A stretch of 64,000 nt of DNA from positions 32,001 to 96,000 of IMG/VR virus record IMGVR_UViG_3300031972_002122; one strand, written 5' to 3'. The DNA is from a virus. The translations under genes and the position numbers were made by a program. A model generated the notes under the pieces. That model was not told the DNA's origin. It made no database searches and saw nothing but the letters and a program-made list of their open reading frames with translations. Position 1 is the first letter of the stretch, and each line of letters starts with the position of its first letter. Positions 49,627-59,466 of the stretch are shown here, in pieces.

Positions 49627-50651
49627 AAAATATTTTAGTTACAGGAGGATTTGGATTTATAGGAACTACGTTGGTGGAACTTTTACTCCAACAAGATAGT
49701 GAATGTAGAGTTCATATAGTAGATGATTTGTCAACGTCACCAGTTTCCGTACATGATTACCTAGATCAGTTGAAACATTCAACTCGGTGTACATTTGACA
49801 TAATGACTGTGGATGAATACTTTAATGGATTGGCAACTGAGAGAGTGTTCGATGAGATATATCACTTGGCTAGTCCAGTTGGACCAGCCTCTGTAATAAA
49901 ACAGGGCGGTAAGATGGTTGGGGATGTGGTTAAAGACATATACCTTATTATCGATTATTGTTTAGAACACGGTACTAAACTTCTAGACGTATCAACGAGT
50001 GAGGTATATGGTGGTGGTGATCGAGACGGTTACTGTTCGGAACTGACCCCTAAAATATTCCCACACAACACGAACATGCGGATGGAATATGCCATTGCAA
50101 AGTTAGCTGCAGAAACTGCGATAGTGAATACATGTAAAGTGGCTAATTTATTTGCAGTTATAATTAGACCATTCAATGTTGCTGGTAAGCGTCAATCCAT
50201 TGCTGGGGGGTTTGTAGTCCCGAGGTTTGTGCAGCAAGCGATTAACAGTTTACCATATACAGTTTTCAATGATGGTGAAGACATTCGAGCATTTACACAT
50301 GTAGAGGATATTGCAACTGGTATGATTTTAGCCATGAATAAGGGAACTTCTGGCACGGTTTATAATTTAGGAAACCCTGATAATAAAATTAAAATTAAGG
50401 AACTACCAGATAGAATCAATTTCACATTGGATGTGTCGAACCCAACGGCGTTCGTCAATCCGAAAATTTTATACGGTGCTTATTATGAGAATGCGAACGA
50501 CAAATATCCAGACTCGACACGAGCTTTTGATGAGTTGGGATGGAAACCATCGTTGTCGATCGGGACGATCGTATATGATTACTACACCGAGTACCAGCGT
50601 CAAGTTAGCGCAGGTACATTAGTTCATAACATATTAGAAGACTATAAATAA
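49623..50651 (+). CDS. NAD-dependent epimerase/dehydratase, UDP-glucuronate decarboxylase-like
   Basis: TGGFGFIG, YHLASP, STSEVYG, Y.IAK..AE, RPFN. Confidence 0.85.
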   Translation: MKNILVTGGFGFIGTTLVELLLQQDSECRVHIVDDLSTSPVSVHDYLDQLKHSTRCTFDIMTVDEYFNGLATERVFDEIYHLASPVGPASVIKQGGKMVGDVVKDIYLIIDYCLEHGTKLLDVSTSEVYGGGDRDGYCSELTPKIFPHNTNMRMEYAIAKLAAETAIVNTCKVANLFAVIIRPFNVAGKRQSIAGGFVVPRFVQQAINSLPYTVFNDGEDIRAFTHVEDIATGMILAMNKGTSGTVYNLGNPDNKIKIKELPDRINFTLDVSNPTAFVNPKILYGAYYENANDKYPDSTRAFDELGWKPSLSIGTIVYDYYTEYQRQVSAGTLVHNILEDYK

Positions 50652-51664
50652 TGAAGTTACATAAAAAATACGTAATTGGAGCATTAATAATGTTCTACGA
50701 GATTGAAATGCTTGGTGAGTACTTCCAATCTATAATTAATATGGTTGACGGGGTTGAAAATCCCGAAAATGTCACTGTACATCTATGCTGGAATACTCAG
50801 GAGTACTTGGAATCTGTCGATTTGGAAAAAACTTCAAAAGTAGCACTACTCAAAAAATTTGATCGGCTAGTAAAAAATCTCATAGAGGCCGGGTTATCGG
50901 TAATTATCGATTATAAGGACAATGACGACACTTTCTACAACATTGCACAGTACCGACGGGATTTAAACTATAATTACTGTGAGAAGGCTGATTTCATCTT
51001 CTGGGGGGAAACTGACAGTATGTTCCCAGCGCAAGGATTAGAGATCGTGGAGAACGTATCACAATATGCACAGTCGCAGGATATTCATCGATATACCCTT
51101 ACATTTGGGTACCGTAAGAACTGGGATTCTTCGTGGGACGTATTGACGCATAGTATGTACGAAAGTACTGAATATGTGGATAACCCAGAGTGGACGATGA
51201 ATAATGAGGCTAGTTCCAAGTCATACATGACCATGGAACGAATGAACGAGATCAACAATCTTGCTACGGAGCCAGACGTTCGTATCATAAAGCAGCCTAA
51301 ATTTGACGGATCGTGTTTGGTCATATCTACTGATTTGATTAAGTCTGGGGTTTTGATTCCACACGCTTTGACCCATTGTGCCGAGGATACGAGTTTTGGT
51401 GAGATGGCTAAGATCGTATTAGGTGACGAATACGTACAGTTTGTTGTAAAAAACATACTCAGAGTTCATAATAGGAGGCATCCACGGAAGCGAAATTATA
51501 TTCTGGGTGAGAATAATCCGATGGGCTTGGCTGGAGCGTCTAAAGGCGCGTGGTGGGACATATTAGAAAAAACATCCAAATATAATTTGGCAATTCTTAG
51601 AAATAGTCAGAAAAAATTCATTTCTTTGGGTGAAGTGATAAACAAAATAAAGGAAGTTAGATGA
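50651..51664 (+). CDS. Glycosyltransferase-like protein (GT-A)
   Basis: YRR..N, FWGETD (DxD-like), EDT, H.R.H; island context. Confidence 0.55.
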   Translation: MKLHKKYVIGALIMFYEIEMLGEYFQSIINMVDGVENPENVTVHLCWNTQEYLESVDLEKTSKVALLKKFDRLVKNLIEAGLSVIIDYKDNDDTFYNIAQYRRDLNYNYCEKADFIFWGETDSMFPAQGLEIVENVSQYAQSQDIHRYTLTFGYRKNWDSSWDVLTHSMYESTEYVDNPEWTMNNEASSKSYMTMERMNEINNLATEPDVRIIKQPKFDGSCLVISTDLIKSGVLIPHALTHCAEDTSFGEMAKIVLGDEYVQFVVKNILRVHNRRHPRKRNYILGENNPMGLAGASKGAWWDILEKTSKYNLAILRNSQKKFISLGEVINKIKEVR

Positions 51665-52230
51665 GGTTGTTAGATAAATTACCGTTACCATTACCTAGAA
51701 AATTATATTTCTCAGAGCAAGTAGACCAAAAATCTATTGTTAATTTGACTCGGGAAATTATTAAGATTAATGATAACGACGAATATTTGAAGGGGTTATA
51801 TGCCTTACATAATTTAGATTACAATGTACTGCCTATCGAGATATACATAGATTCGTATGGTGGGCAAGTGTACCAGATATTAGGTCTTATAAGTGTTATC
51901 GAGAATTCAGTAACACCAGTTAATACTATTGTGACTGGATGTGCTATGAGTTGTGGGTTCATGTTACTGATAAGTGGTCATGAACGATTTGCTCATAAAC
52001 ATTCAACTCCATTATACCATCAAGTGTCTAGTGGTTCGTCTGGAAAGATTAAAGATATCCAAGAGCGATATAGAGAGACTAGAAGACTCCAGAAGAAGTT
52101 GGAAAAGTTGACGATGGAGAAGACTAATATTCCAAAATCTAAATTGAAGAAAATTTATAGAAGAAAGCAAGATTGGTATATGACCCCAAAGGAAGCTGTG
52201 AAGTATGGGGTTGTAGATCATATTTTATAA
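51661..52230 (+). CDS. clpP: ClpP-family protease
   Basis: IYIDSYGG, G.AMSCG (Ser), YHQ (His), DWYM...EA..YG.VD (Asp). Confidence 0.9.
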   Translation: MRLLDKLPLPLPRKLYFSEQVDQKSIVNLTREIIKINDNDEYLKGLYALHNLDYNVLPIEIYIDSYGGQVYQILGLISVIENSVTPVNTIVTGCAMSCGFMLLISGHERFAHKHSTPLYHQVSSGSSGKIKDIQERYRETRRLQKKLEKLTMEKTNIPKSKLKKIYRRKQDWYMTPKEAVKYGVVDHIL

Positions 52231-52246
52231 CATAAAATAGTATAAT

Positions 52247-52726
52247 ATGTTTGGTGGACATTCAATAACAAAGGAATCGTTTGACCTTATCTGCGAATTA
52301 ATGCCAGAAGGCGGGACTTTATTAGAACTCGGTAGCGGTCGTGTTACTGAATTATTTGCTGAAAAGTATACATTGTATTCGGTTGAGAACGATCCCATGT
52401 GGGTTGATAACTATGATTGTGAATACATTTATGCTCCACTGGTTGACGATTTGTGGTATGATGTAGAAATACTTAAGGCAAATCTTCCAGTGGACTATGA
52501 CATGCTGTTAGTGGATGGCCCGAGAACTCAAGAGCGGCGAGCTCATATACTCAATAATTTAGAATTATTTAGAGACGATCGGGTGTGGTTGTTTGACGAT
52601 GTGAATCAGCCCGGCAACCTCGAAACATTCAAAAAAGTAGCTGAAGTTACTGGTCGGGATAGTAAGATAGTTGTAGTAGGAACAAAACATAACGGGATTT
52701 TATATCCAAAAAATGAGGAAAAATAA
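52247..52726 (+). CDS. SAM-dependent methyltransferase-like protein
   Basis: LLELGSG, SVE, LLVDGP, FDD. Confidence 0.8.
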   Translation: MFGGHSITKESFDLICELMPEGGTLLELGSGRVTELFAEKYTLYSVENDPMWVDNYDCEYIYAPLVDDLWYDVEILKANLPVDYDMLLVDGPRTQERRAHILNNLELFRDDRVWLFDDVNQPGNLETFKKVAEVTGRDSKIVVVGTKHNGILYPKNEEK

Positions 52727-53298
52727 TGTCATGTAGAAAACCATTTGTACCAGAGATACATAAACACTTCGACGGTGAGTATGGGACTGTCGGGATGGAA
52801 ATCGGATGCGATCGTGGTGGGATGTCGAATGCCATCGTGGAAATAATGAAACCATCAATATTTTATATGGTCGATCCTTGGGATGAAGTTGACAACCGTC
52901 GAAATGGATTGCGAAATTCCAAGGCGATGCGGGAACGGTATGAAGAAGCTATGGAGCAACCAAACATTAAAGACAACCCAGTCGTGAAAGTTCTAAAAAT
53001 GAAAAGCGTGGAAGCGTTTGAACACATCCCCGATGAATCGTTGGACTGGGTGTTTATTGATGGTGATCATACTTACTTTGGAACTCGGGATGATTTGGAA
53101 GGGGTACTTCCGAAAATGAAACCTGATGGTATTATATTTGGGGATGACTACGTCTGGATGAACACGTACGGTGATGAGGAAGAAGGAAATACTGGGAAGG
53201 TTAAACGTGCTGCTGACGAGTTTTTAGTAAAGTATAGAGATATTATAAAAAAGGATGATTATAAATCTAATTGTTTTATATTTGAATTGAATAAATGA
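52726..53298 (+). CDS. Class I SAM-dependent methyltransferase (Methyltransf_24-like)
   Basis: EIG..RG, VDPW, LDWVFIDGDHTY, GDDY. Confidence 0.88.
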   Translation: MSCRKPFVPEIHKHFDGEYGTVGMEIGCDRGGMSNAIVEIMKPSIFYMVDPWDEVDNRRNGLRNSKAMRERYEEAMEQPNIKDNPVVKVLKMKSVEAFEHIPDESLDWVFIDGDHTYFGTRDDLEGVLPKMKPDGIIFGDDYVWMNTYGDEEEGNTGKVKRAADEFLVKYRDIIKKDDYKSNCFIFELNK

Positions 53299-54227
53299 AT
53301 GTAGCATTTTTTACTGAAGGTGGATGGTCAGGCAAGGTGCCTAGAAATCACCCAAATATGAGAACTGATTTGGCGTGGGAATGTGCACTAGAAGCAGACC
53401 ACCATAATATACCAACATTCTACGTGGCGGAGTGGAAGGGTAAGTATGATTTGGGAATAATAATAGTTCCGAAGAAAAATCCAGAGAATGCATTTGAATG
53501 TGTGCAGTTTCTGAGGCATTATTGTAAGAAAATAGCAGTCATGCAGGAGGGGCCAAACTGGTACTGGCAAGACTGGGATTTACCGACACAGATAGGTTAT
53601 TATAATTTACTTATCAGTGTAGATCGTATTTATGCCCACAATGAATTAGATAGAAAATACTACGCTGGCTTACTTGACCATCCTGATGTTAGGGTATTAC
53701 CAACACTGATGATTGAAGACGCCATTGGTGATGTTGTACAGTCTCACGATCGGGATGGTGTAATGATTGGTGGTAACTTCGTTTCGTGGTATGGTGGATT
53801 TGATAGCTATGCAATCGCTGTGGAATTTAATACACCAATATTTGCACCGTCGATGGGTAGAAAGCAAGATGGGGAAGATCAATTAGACGACATATCATAT
53901 TTGCCATACCTAACGTGGAGGGATTGGATAACTGAACTGTCTAAGCGAAAGTATGCAGTTCATTTAATGCGAACACACGCCGCGGGAACATTCGCATTAA
54001 ATTGTGCGTATTTAGGTATACCGTGTATTGGATGGAAGGGGTTGGATACTCAAGAGATTTGCTTCCCCAAACTATCATTTGATGTGGGTGACATGGATAG
54101 TGCGAGGTCGATGGCGAGGCACTTAGCTACCGATGATGAGTTTTATAAGCATGTAGCCGCAGTCGCTAAGGATGCTTATGACAAACATTTTAAGGAAGAT
54201 ATATTTTTAATGAAATTTCATGATTGA
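53295..54227 (+). CDS. Glycosyltransferase-like protein (GT-B)
   Basis: C-terminal HLM....AGTF.LNCAYLGIPCIG. Confidence 0.65.
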   Translation: MNVAFFTEGGWSGKVPRNHPNMRTDLAWECALEADHHNIPTFYVAEWKGKYDLGIIIVPKKNPENAFECVQFLRHYCKKIAVMQEGPNWYWQDWDLPTQIGYYNLLISVDRIYAHNELDRKYYAGLLDHPDVRVLPTLMIEDAIGDVVQSHDRDGVMIGGNFVSWYGGFDSYAIAVEFNTPIFAPSMGRKQDGEDQLDDISYLPYLTWRDWITELSKRKYAVHLMRTHAAGTFALNCAYLGIPCIGWKGLDTQEICFPKLSFDVGDMDSARSMARHLATDDEFYKHVAAVAKDAYDKHFKEDIFLMKFHD

Positions 54228-55134
54228 TAGGTACGGTAAGTATAGGGATCAGAATGATGTTTGCTGGCAATATAAGGTGAAAGAATCTCAGCGGTCGTAT
54301 GACGCAGATACTTTTGGGTTAGATCGCGGCGAAATTTCAAATATTCGAACGGATGATCTAGAATTTCGATACATAGATCGTGATGATAAAGATGGGTGCC
54401 ACGCTATAAGAGATTTTATAGAGAGGTACGAGTGGTTAGGTAAGATGCCAGTGTGGGTGACACAACGTTTTGGTGCTTATTATAATGATATTTTGGTTGG
54501 ATGTGTGGTGATGGCTACACCATATACTATGAGTAAATATCTGGGTGATGATAAGTATAAAAAGCTAGAGAAGCTAATAGCTAGGGGAGCTAGTAGTTCC
54601 ATAGCACCTAAGAATATGGCATCGTGGCTCATTATGAAATCGATTGGGTGGATGGTTGATAACACTGAGTATCGACTGTTCAGCGCGTATGCAGACCCTG
54701 AAGCACTTGAACTTGGTACTGTGTATCAGGCGTGTAATTTTTACTACATGGGTCAAACATTTGGTGGTGGGTATGTGTATATCGATCCCGAGAACGAAGA
54801 GAATGGCTGGTTTGGAGATTCATATTTCAATCAGCGGTCAGTGATCAAGCGAGTAGCTATAGCATCTGGCGTAAAGTGGGAGGACGAGTATATCAAATTG
54901 AATAAGACTGGTAGGAAGCGTGTAATCGACTGGGATGCTATCGGTGTTGATTTGAAGGCTGAAATCAAAGCACATGTCCGATCCTACAGGGATAAATTTA
55001 TAAAATACAAAACTGCTAGGAAGCATAAATACCTATACATTCAGGGGAAGGATAGACGAGAGACTAGAACACTTCGAAAGCTGTTTGAGGCAAATACTAA
55101 ATTTTATCCATATCCCGTAGAGCGGGGCGAATAA
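54220..55134 (+). CDS. Mom-like (GNAT-fold) DNA-modifying enzyme
   Basis: FI..Y.WLG, LVG......P, PKN.AS.LI, AYAD....E.GTVYQA.NF.Y.G signature of the Mu Mom family. Confidence 0.75.
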   Translation: MIDRYGKYRDQNDVCWQYKVKESQRSYDADTFGLDRGEISNIRTDDLEFRYIDRDDKDGCHAIRDFIERYEWLGKMPVWVTQRFGAYYNDILVGCVVMATPYTMSKYLGDDKYKKLEKLIARGASSSIAPKNMASWLIMKSIGWMVDNTEYRLFSAYADPEALELGTVYQACNFYYMGQTFGGGYVYIDPENEENGWFGDSYFNQRSVIKRVAIASGVKWEDEYIKLNKTGRKRVIDWDAIGVDLKAEIKAHVRSYRDKFIKYKTARKHKYLYIQGKDRRETRTLRKLFEANTKFYPYPVERGE

Positions 55135-55149
55135 CCAATTTAAAAAATG

Positions 55150-55158
55150 ATATTTATA
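55150..55158 (+). promoter_or_regulatory. Putative late promoter motif ATATTTATA
   Basis: 19 nt upstream of ATG 55178. Confidence 0.6.
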
Positions 55159-55177
55159 AACACAAAGGGAACAAGTT

Positions 55178-56446
55178 ATGAAAATATCGATTATACAACC
55201 ATCTAGGAACAATTTAAAATATCTAAAATGGAGTTATGCAGCGATTAGAAAGAATCAGGGAGATCATGAAGTCCAAATTTGTATCGCTGACGACGCTTCC
55301 ACGGACGGAACGCGTGAGTGGTTGGAAGAGATTAGTGTGGATGATCCTAATCTATCTTTTATTGTCAATGATAGCGGGAATCGTGTCGGTCATACAATTT
55401 TGTATGACAGGTTAGTCAACGAAGTAGCTGAACATGACGTGTGTATGATATTCCATGCTGATATGTATCTGGCGGAGGGGGCATTGGATTCCATTGAGTA
55501 TGCGTTATATGACTTGGAAACTACGAAAGAAGATACGCATAAACATCTAAAGGTAGTTGAGCGATATAAAACTATCGTGTCGTTGACTAGGATTGAGCCG
55601 CCGTTACATCCACCCGGACCCGAAAAGATTGTAAAGAATTTTGGTACTGAACCTGAACAGTTTCTGCCGACTGAATTCGATTCATGGGTTCAATGGTATT
55701 TACAAAATAACGATAAGTCTAAAACTACAGAGGGAATCTTTGCACCTTGGGCTTTTTTCAAACGAGATTTTCAGGAGATTGGTGGACATGATCCACTATA
55801 CGCACCACAGAGTAAAGAGGACAGTGATATATTTAATAGGTTTCATTTAAACGGATGTAAATTCATTCAGGTGTGGGACGGGTTCGTGTATCATATGACA
55901 TGTCGTGGGAGTAGATTTAATCCAACATTGACATCTATCGGTAAAAATAGTGATGAGTGGAACGCTCAGAACATGAGAAGTTCTAGAAATTTCATTAGGA
56001 AGTGGGGACACTTCGTGAAGCATGATCGATTCATGAAGCCAATTGTTCCACCAAAGTATGACGTGGGGTTGGTTGTACATAATTGTAATTCGAAATTATT
56101 GGCAGCGTTGGAGCCGTGGTGTTCAGATATATACGTTGATATGGATGATGATATGGTGTATGTGTATACTAACAGGGAGCAAAAAAACACCACAATTGAT
56201 CTAGAATCTAAAATTCATTATATGAAAGACCCAATCACAAACGATGTAGTTGTTGTGATCGATGGTAACCTCATTAGTGAAGCCGATGCCAACTATATAC
56301 AAATGTTATCTGAAATACTTGCCGATAGTGGAGAAGCTGGGCAACAAATGGGTATTGGTAATCTTAGAATTACTATAAATAAATTAGATACATACGAAAA
56401 CGATTTGATCGTGTGTGAGGAAAATAAAATAAAGGAATTAGTATGA
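55178..56446 (+). CDS. Glycosyltransferase, GT2
   Basis: ISII.P.RN, IADDASTDGT, HADM, IGG.D, EDSD, YH. Confidence 0.9.
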   Translation: MKISIIQPSRNNLKYLKWSYAAIRKNQGDHEVQICIADDASTDGTREWLEEISVDDPNLSFIVNDSGNRVGHTILYDRLVNEVAEHDVCMIFHADMYLAEGALDSIEYALYDLETTKEDTHKHLKVVERYKTIVSLTRIEPPLHPPGPEKIVKNFGTEPEQFLPTEFDSWVQWYLQNNDKSKTTEGIFAPWAFFKRDFQEIGGHDPLYAPQSKEDSDIFNRFHLNGCKFIQVWDGFVYHMTCRGSRFNPTLTSIGKNSDEWNAQNMRSSRNFIRKWGHFVKHDRFMKPIVPPKYDVGLVVHNCNSKLLAALEPWCSDIYVDMDDDMVYVYTNREQKNTTIDLESKIHYMKDPITNDVVVVIDGNLISEADANYIQMLSEILADSGEAGQQMGIGNLRITINKLDTYENDLIVCEENKIKELV

Positions 56447-57297
56447 AAGTAGGAGTAATTGGTAATGGGTTTGTTGGGAATTCAATATACCACACATTCG
56501 CACAGTCGGTCGATGTTTATGTCAACGACATCAATCCAGAAAAATCTACGAACACGTTGTCTGATGTATTAGAAAACTGCGATGTAGTATTTGTATGCTT
56601 ACCTACACCCATGCGTTCGGATGGTCGGCAAGATATAAGTTATATCAACTCGGCGTTCCAGAAAATTAACGAGACGCTAGCGACGATCAAGCGTGCAGGT
56701 GATGATATTGTGTTTGTGGTTAAATCTACGGTTGTACCCGGTACAACTGACCGTTTAATCGAAGAGCACGGACTTAATATTTCATTCTCACCAGAATTCT
56801 TGACAGAGCGGACTGCTGTGTCGGATTCGATATGCAGTAATCATGTTATCATTGGTGGTAGTCAACAATCAACTGAAATACTGACTAAATTATTCCGAAC
56901 ACGTTTCGGAAGGGCTTATAATATTTTCGTTACTACGAATAAGACTGCAGAGTTTATCAAATACATGCGAAATACATACTTCGCTACTAAGGTAACGTAC
57001 ATGAATGAAATGTTTAGAGTTGCGGCGAACTGTGAGGTGGATTGGGAAGACGCTGTGAGCGGATTCGCTATGGATGGAAGGATTGGTCACTCACATATGA
57101 GTGTACCCGGACACGATGGTATGTATGGCTACGGTGGTACATGCTTCCCTAAAGATGTTGGGGCAATAATTACACATTCTGAAGACCTAGGATTTACACC
57201 ACCAGTATTACGAGCAGTGCGTGATGCTAATTTAAAGTACCGTGGTGTGGAGGATTGGAAATCAAGTGTTGGGCGTGCAGTATCTGAGGACGAGTAG
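56443..57297 (+). CDS. ugd: UDP-glucose/GDP-mannose dehydrogenase (short form)
   Basis: GVIG.GFVG, CLPTP, KSTV.PGTT, PEFL, AE..KY..N, GYGGTCFPKD. Confidence 0.9.
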   Translation: MKVGVIGNGFVGNSIYHTFAQSVDVYVNDINPEKSTNTLSDVLENCDVVFVCLPTPMRSDGRQDISYINSAFQKINETLATIKRAGDDIVFVVKSTVVPGTTDRLIEEHGLNISFSPEFLTERTAVSDSICSNHVIIGGSQQSTEILTKLFRTRFGRAYNIFVTTNKTAEFIKYMRNTYFATKVTYMNEMFRVAANCEVDWEDAVSGFAMDGRIGHSHMSVPGHDGMYGYGGTCFPKDVGAIITHSEDLGFTPPVLRAVRDANLKYRGVEDWKSSVGRAVSEDE

Positions 57298-57326
57298 ATG
57301 AACATTACTCTAAACCAAAAAAATAC

Positions 57327-57335
57327 ATATTTATA
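57327..57335 (+). promoter_or_regulatory. Putative late promoter motif ATATTTATA
   Basis: 19 nt upstream of ATG 57355. Confidence 0.6.
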
Positions 57336-57354
57336 ATAAAGTTGGGACATAATT

Positions 57355-58029
57355 ATGTATTATTTTGACAATGATTTTTTAAGTCAATATTTCGATCAGG
57401 GGATTGCTGTTAAGGTATTCGTAGATGGTGAGTACTATGATATAGCAGGTAAATCTGATATAGAAGATACCGAATTTGGGATCGGTTACACCCTTCAGGG
57501 TAGACCGCATACATTTGATTATAGATCAATTGAGCAAATAAAGGCTGGAAACAACATTATAACTAAAGATCACTTACAGTCTAAGATTGATGGAGTAGAA
57601 GAGCCCGAGGGTGGTGAGGAAGACATGGATGGTGAAGATGGTGGTATGGACGATCTCGGCGGTGCTGACGGTGGGGGTGAACCTGCACCAGAGGGTGGGG
57701 GTGAAGAAGCACCTCCTGAAGAGGATGAAGAACCACCGATGGAAGGTTATACGCCTAGGGAATTGATGGGTATGATGTTGTCAGAAGCTAAAGCTAAAAA
57801 AAATACAGCAAAGACTGGGTTCGTGAAAGGTAACATGGTAGAAAACATAGATATGCTATGTGAGTTTCATGGATCGCGTGGATCAGTTACAAATGTCGAT
57901 ATGCCAGACAGTGATGATGGTTTGGTTATGGTCGAATATAGAATTTTTAACTATGGGTATAATTTTAAACCGGGTCAAAAAGTTATAAAGTCATCAAAAC
58001 AGTTACAGAAGATCGATAGCGATGAGTGA
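57355..58029 (+). CDS. Hypothetical protein with acidic Gly/Glu/Pro linker
   Basis: Two globular parts joined by EEPEGGEEDMDGEDGG...EEAPPEEDEEPP. Confidence 0.75.
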   Translation: MYYFDNDFLSQYFDQGIAVKVFVDGEYYDIAGKSDIEDTEFGIGYTLQGRPHTFDYRSIEQIKAGNNIITKDHLQSKIDGVEEPEGGEEDMDGEDGGMDDLGGADGGGEPAPEGGGEEAPPEEDEEPPMEGYTPRELMGMMLSEAKAKKNTAKTGFVKGNMVENIDMLCEFHGSRGSVTNVDMPDSDDGLVMVEYRIFNYGYNFKPGQKVIKSSKQLQKIDSDE

Positions 58030-58333
58030 ATTTATGAAAAATCTTCCAACTGTATTGAAGGGTAACAGTGATGGAACTAAATTATCTTCAAAGCGAGTAA
58101 TTACGTTCATGTTGGCGTTTACTTTAGTTAGTGTAGTTATAGCTAATACGTTTTTTAACTTTGAGGTAGATGAGGCAATTTATACTGGTTTAGTTGACGT
58201 TCTTATATGGTCGTTGGGATTTATTGGTTCGGAACAATTTGCTGGGGCGTTAAAAAAGCGGTATGGTGGTAAACCAAATACGGAGGCGCAATTACCTCCG
58301 AGACCGGGAGGAGAAGAACATGAGCGATTCTGA
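58022..58333 (+). CDS. Two-TM membrane protein, holin-like
   Basis: SSKRV followed by two hydrophobic helices and charged tail. Confidence 0.6.
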   Translation: MSEFMKNLPTVLKGNSDGTKLSSKRVITFMLAFTLVSVVIANTFFNFEVDEAIYTGLVDVLIWSLGFIGSEQFAGALKKRYGGKPNTEAQLPPRPGGEEHERF

Positions 58334-58580
58334 TATGATGAGTAATGAAGACGGGGATGCGGTTGATTACACTGGATTAGTGGTCAAGGATATGTATGAA
58401 ATATTAACAACTCAGAGGAACCCGTGGCCGGGTCAATACACAAAACTCAAAAAGCTTGAGTTTCTAGATAAAATGCTTGTGTATTTAAGAGATAAACAGA
58501 TGTATGAAATGTGTGATGGAATACATAAGATGAAGGAAGAAATTAAAAATGAACGTATTATTAAAGGTGATAACACTTAA
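58320..58580 (+). CDS. Hypothetical protein
   Basis: Start set at ATG 58320; ends in ML.Y....MYEMC..I helix. Confidence 0.6.
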   Translation: MSDSDMMSNEDGDAVDYTGLVVKDMYEILTTQRNPWPGQYTKLKKLEFLDKMLVYLRDKQMYEMCDGIHKMKEEIKNERIIKGDNT

Positions 58581-58725
58581 AGTTGGGGTTGTAGCTTATA
58601 TCGGACTCGATCATGGTGATCGATTTCAGATAATTGATGCACACGTCGGTGATACATACGAACTGATTAGATCAGTAGTTGACGCGTCACTGAAACGATT
58701 GGCTAATAATTTACACGAGTTTTAA
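58549..58725 (+). CDS. Small hypothetical protein (58 aa, not in supplied ORF track)
   Basis: ATG AAC GTA...TTT TAA fills the gap between neighbours (MNVLLKVITLKVGVVAY...). Confidence 0.5.
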   Translation: MNVLLKVITLKVGVVAYIGLDHGDRFQIIDAHVGDTYELIRSVVDASLKRLANNLHEF

Positions 58726-58728
58726 GTT

Positions 58729-59001
58729 ATGACGGGATGTTGTAAGGGTACTCCGTATATGGATCGCGTGTCGGTGTATTTACCGAACGTCGGAGAATCT
58801 AACCGTGGAAATATATCTAACGCGTTGGTTAATGTGTTGGGATACACCCAGAGACAGGCATCCACGGCAATTAATTTTGCAAACAGTCGTGGTGAGTGTT
58901 TAGTTTTTGAGGGGAGTCAAACGGAAGCGGTTGATAATATGAAAAAGTTGAGCATGATGGGTGTTCATTGTAGTGCAAGGTCAAGGAAAAATATCAAATG
59001 A
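58729..59001 (+). CDS. clpS: ClpS-like adaptor protein (divergent)
   Basis: V.L.N......I...L..VLG.T...A..I....G...VFEG....A......L...G ClpS pattern. Confidence 0.55.
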   Translation: MTGCCKGTPYMDRVSVYLPNVGESNRGNISNALVNVLGYTQRQASTAINFANSRGECLVFEGSQTEAVDNMKKLSMMGVHCSARSRKNIK

Positions 59002-59456
59002 TTAGCGTATTTGTAGTTAAGTTTTTTGTGTGGATTTTAGCAGTCTATGGTATGACCCAAATCATAGTCGATAGTTATTTATTTGAACGCTGGCGGCTTA
59101 AAATATCAAGAGCTAGTCGGTGGGGTGGTGAGCTAGTTAATTGCATGTTATGTACATCCGTTTGGATTTCTCTATTATTTTCCGTATTATTGTGGTCACC
59201 TACACTTGAGATGTTTGTGTATAACTTAGTTGATGCACGACGGCTAGCACATATGCAGGGCGAGATTTCTCAAGGGGTTGATAATATTTCTGCATTAATG
59301 ATCTACATAATGTATAAAGCTTATATTTTATGGGCATACGTTAGATTTATTTTTGTGGATATGATGTTGGGTAGTTGTGTTGTATGGTTTTTGTATGTGC
59401 TGGAAAATCGATTAACTAGCTCTAATAAGAATGATACTATTTATAAACAAGAATGA
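58998..59456 (+). CDS. Membrane protein (DUF1360-like)
   Basis: TM helices, IVDSYLFE.WR, LVNCMLCTSVW. Confidence 0.6.
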   Translation: MISVFVVKFFVWILAVYGMTQIIVDSYLFERWRLKISRASRWGGELVNCMLCTSVWISLLFSVLLWSPTLEMFVYNLVDARRLAHMQGEISQGVDNISALMIYIMYKAYILWAYVRFIFVDMMLGSCVVWFLYVLENRLTSSNKNDTIYKQE

Positions 59457-59466
59457 GTATTGATAT

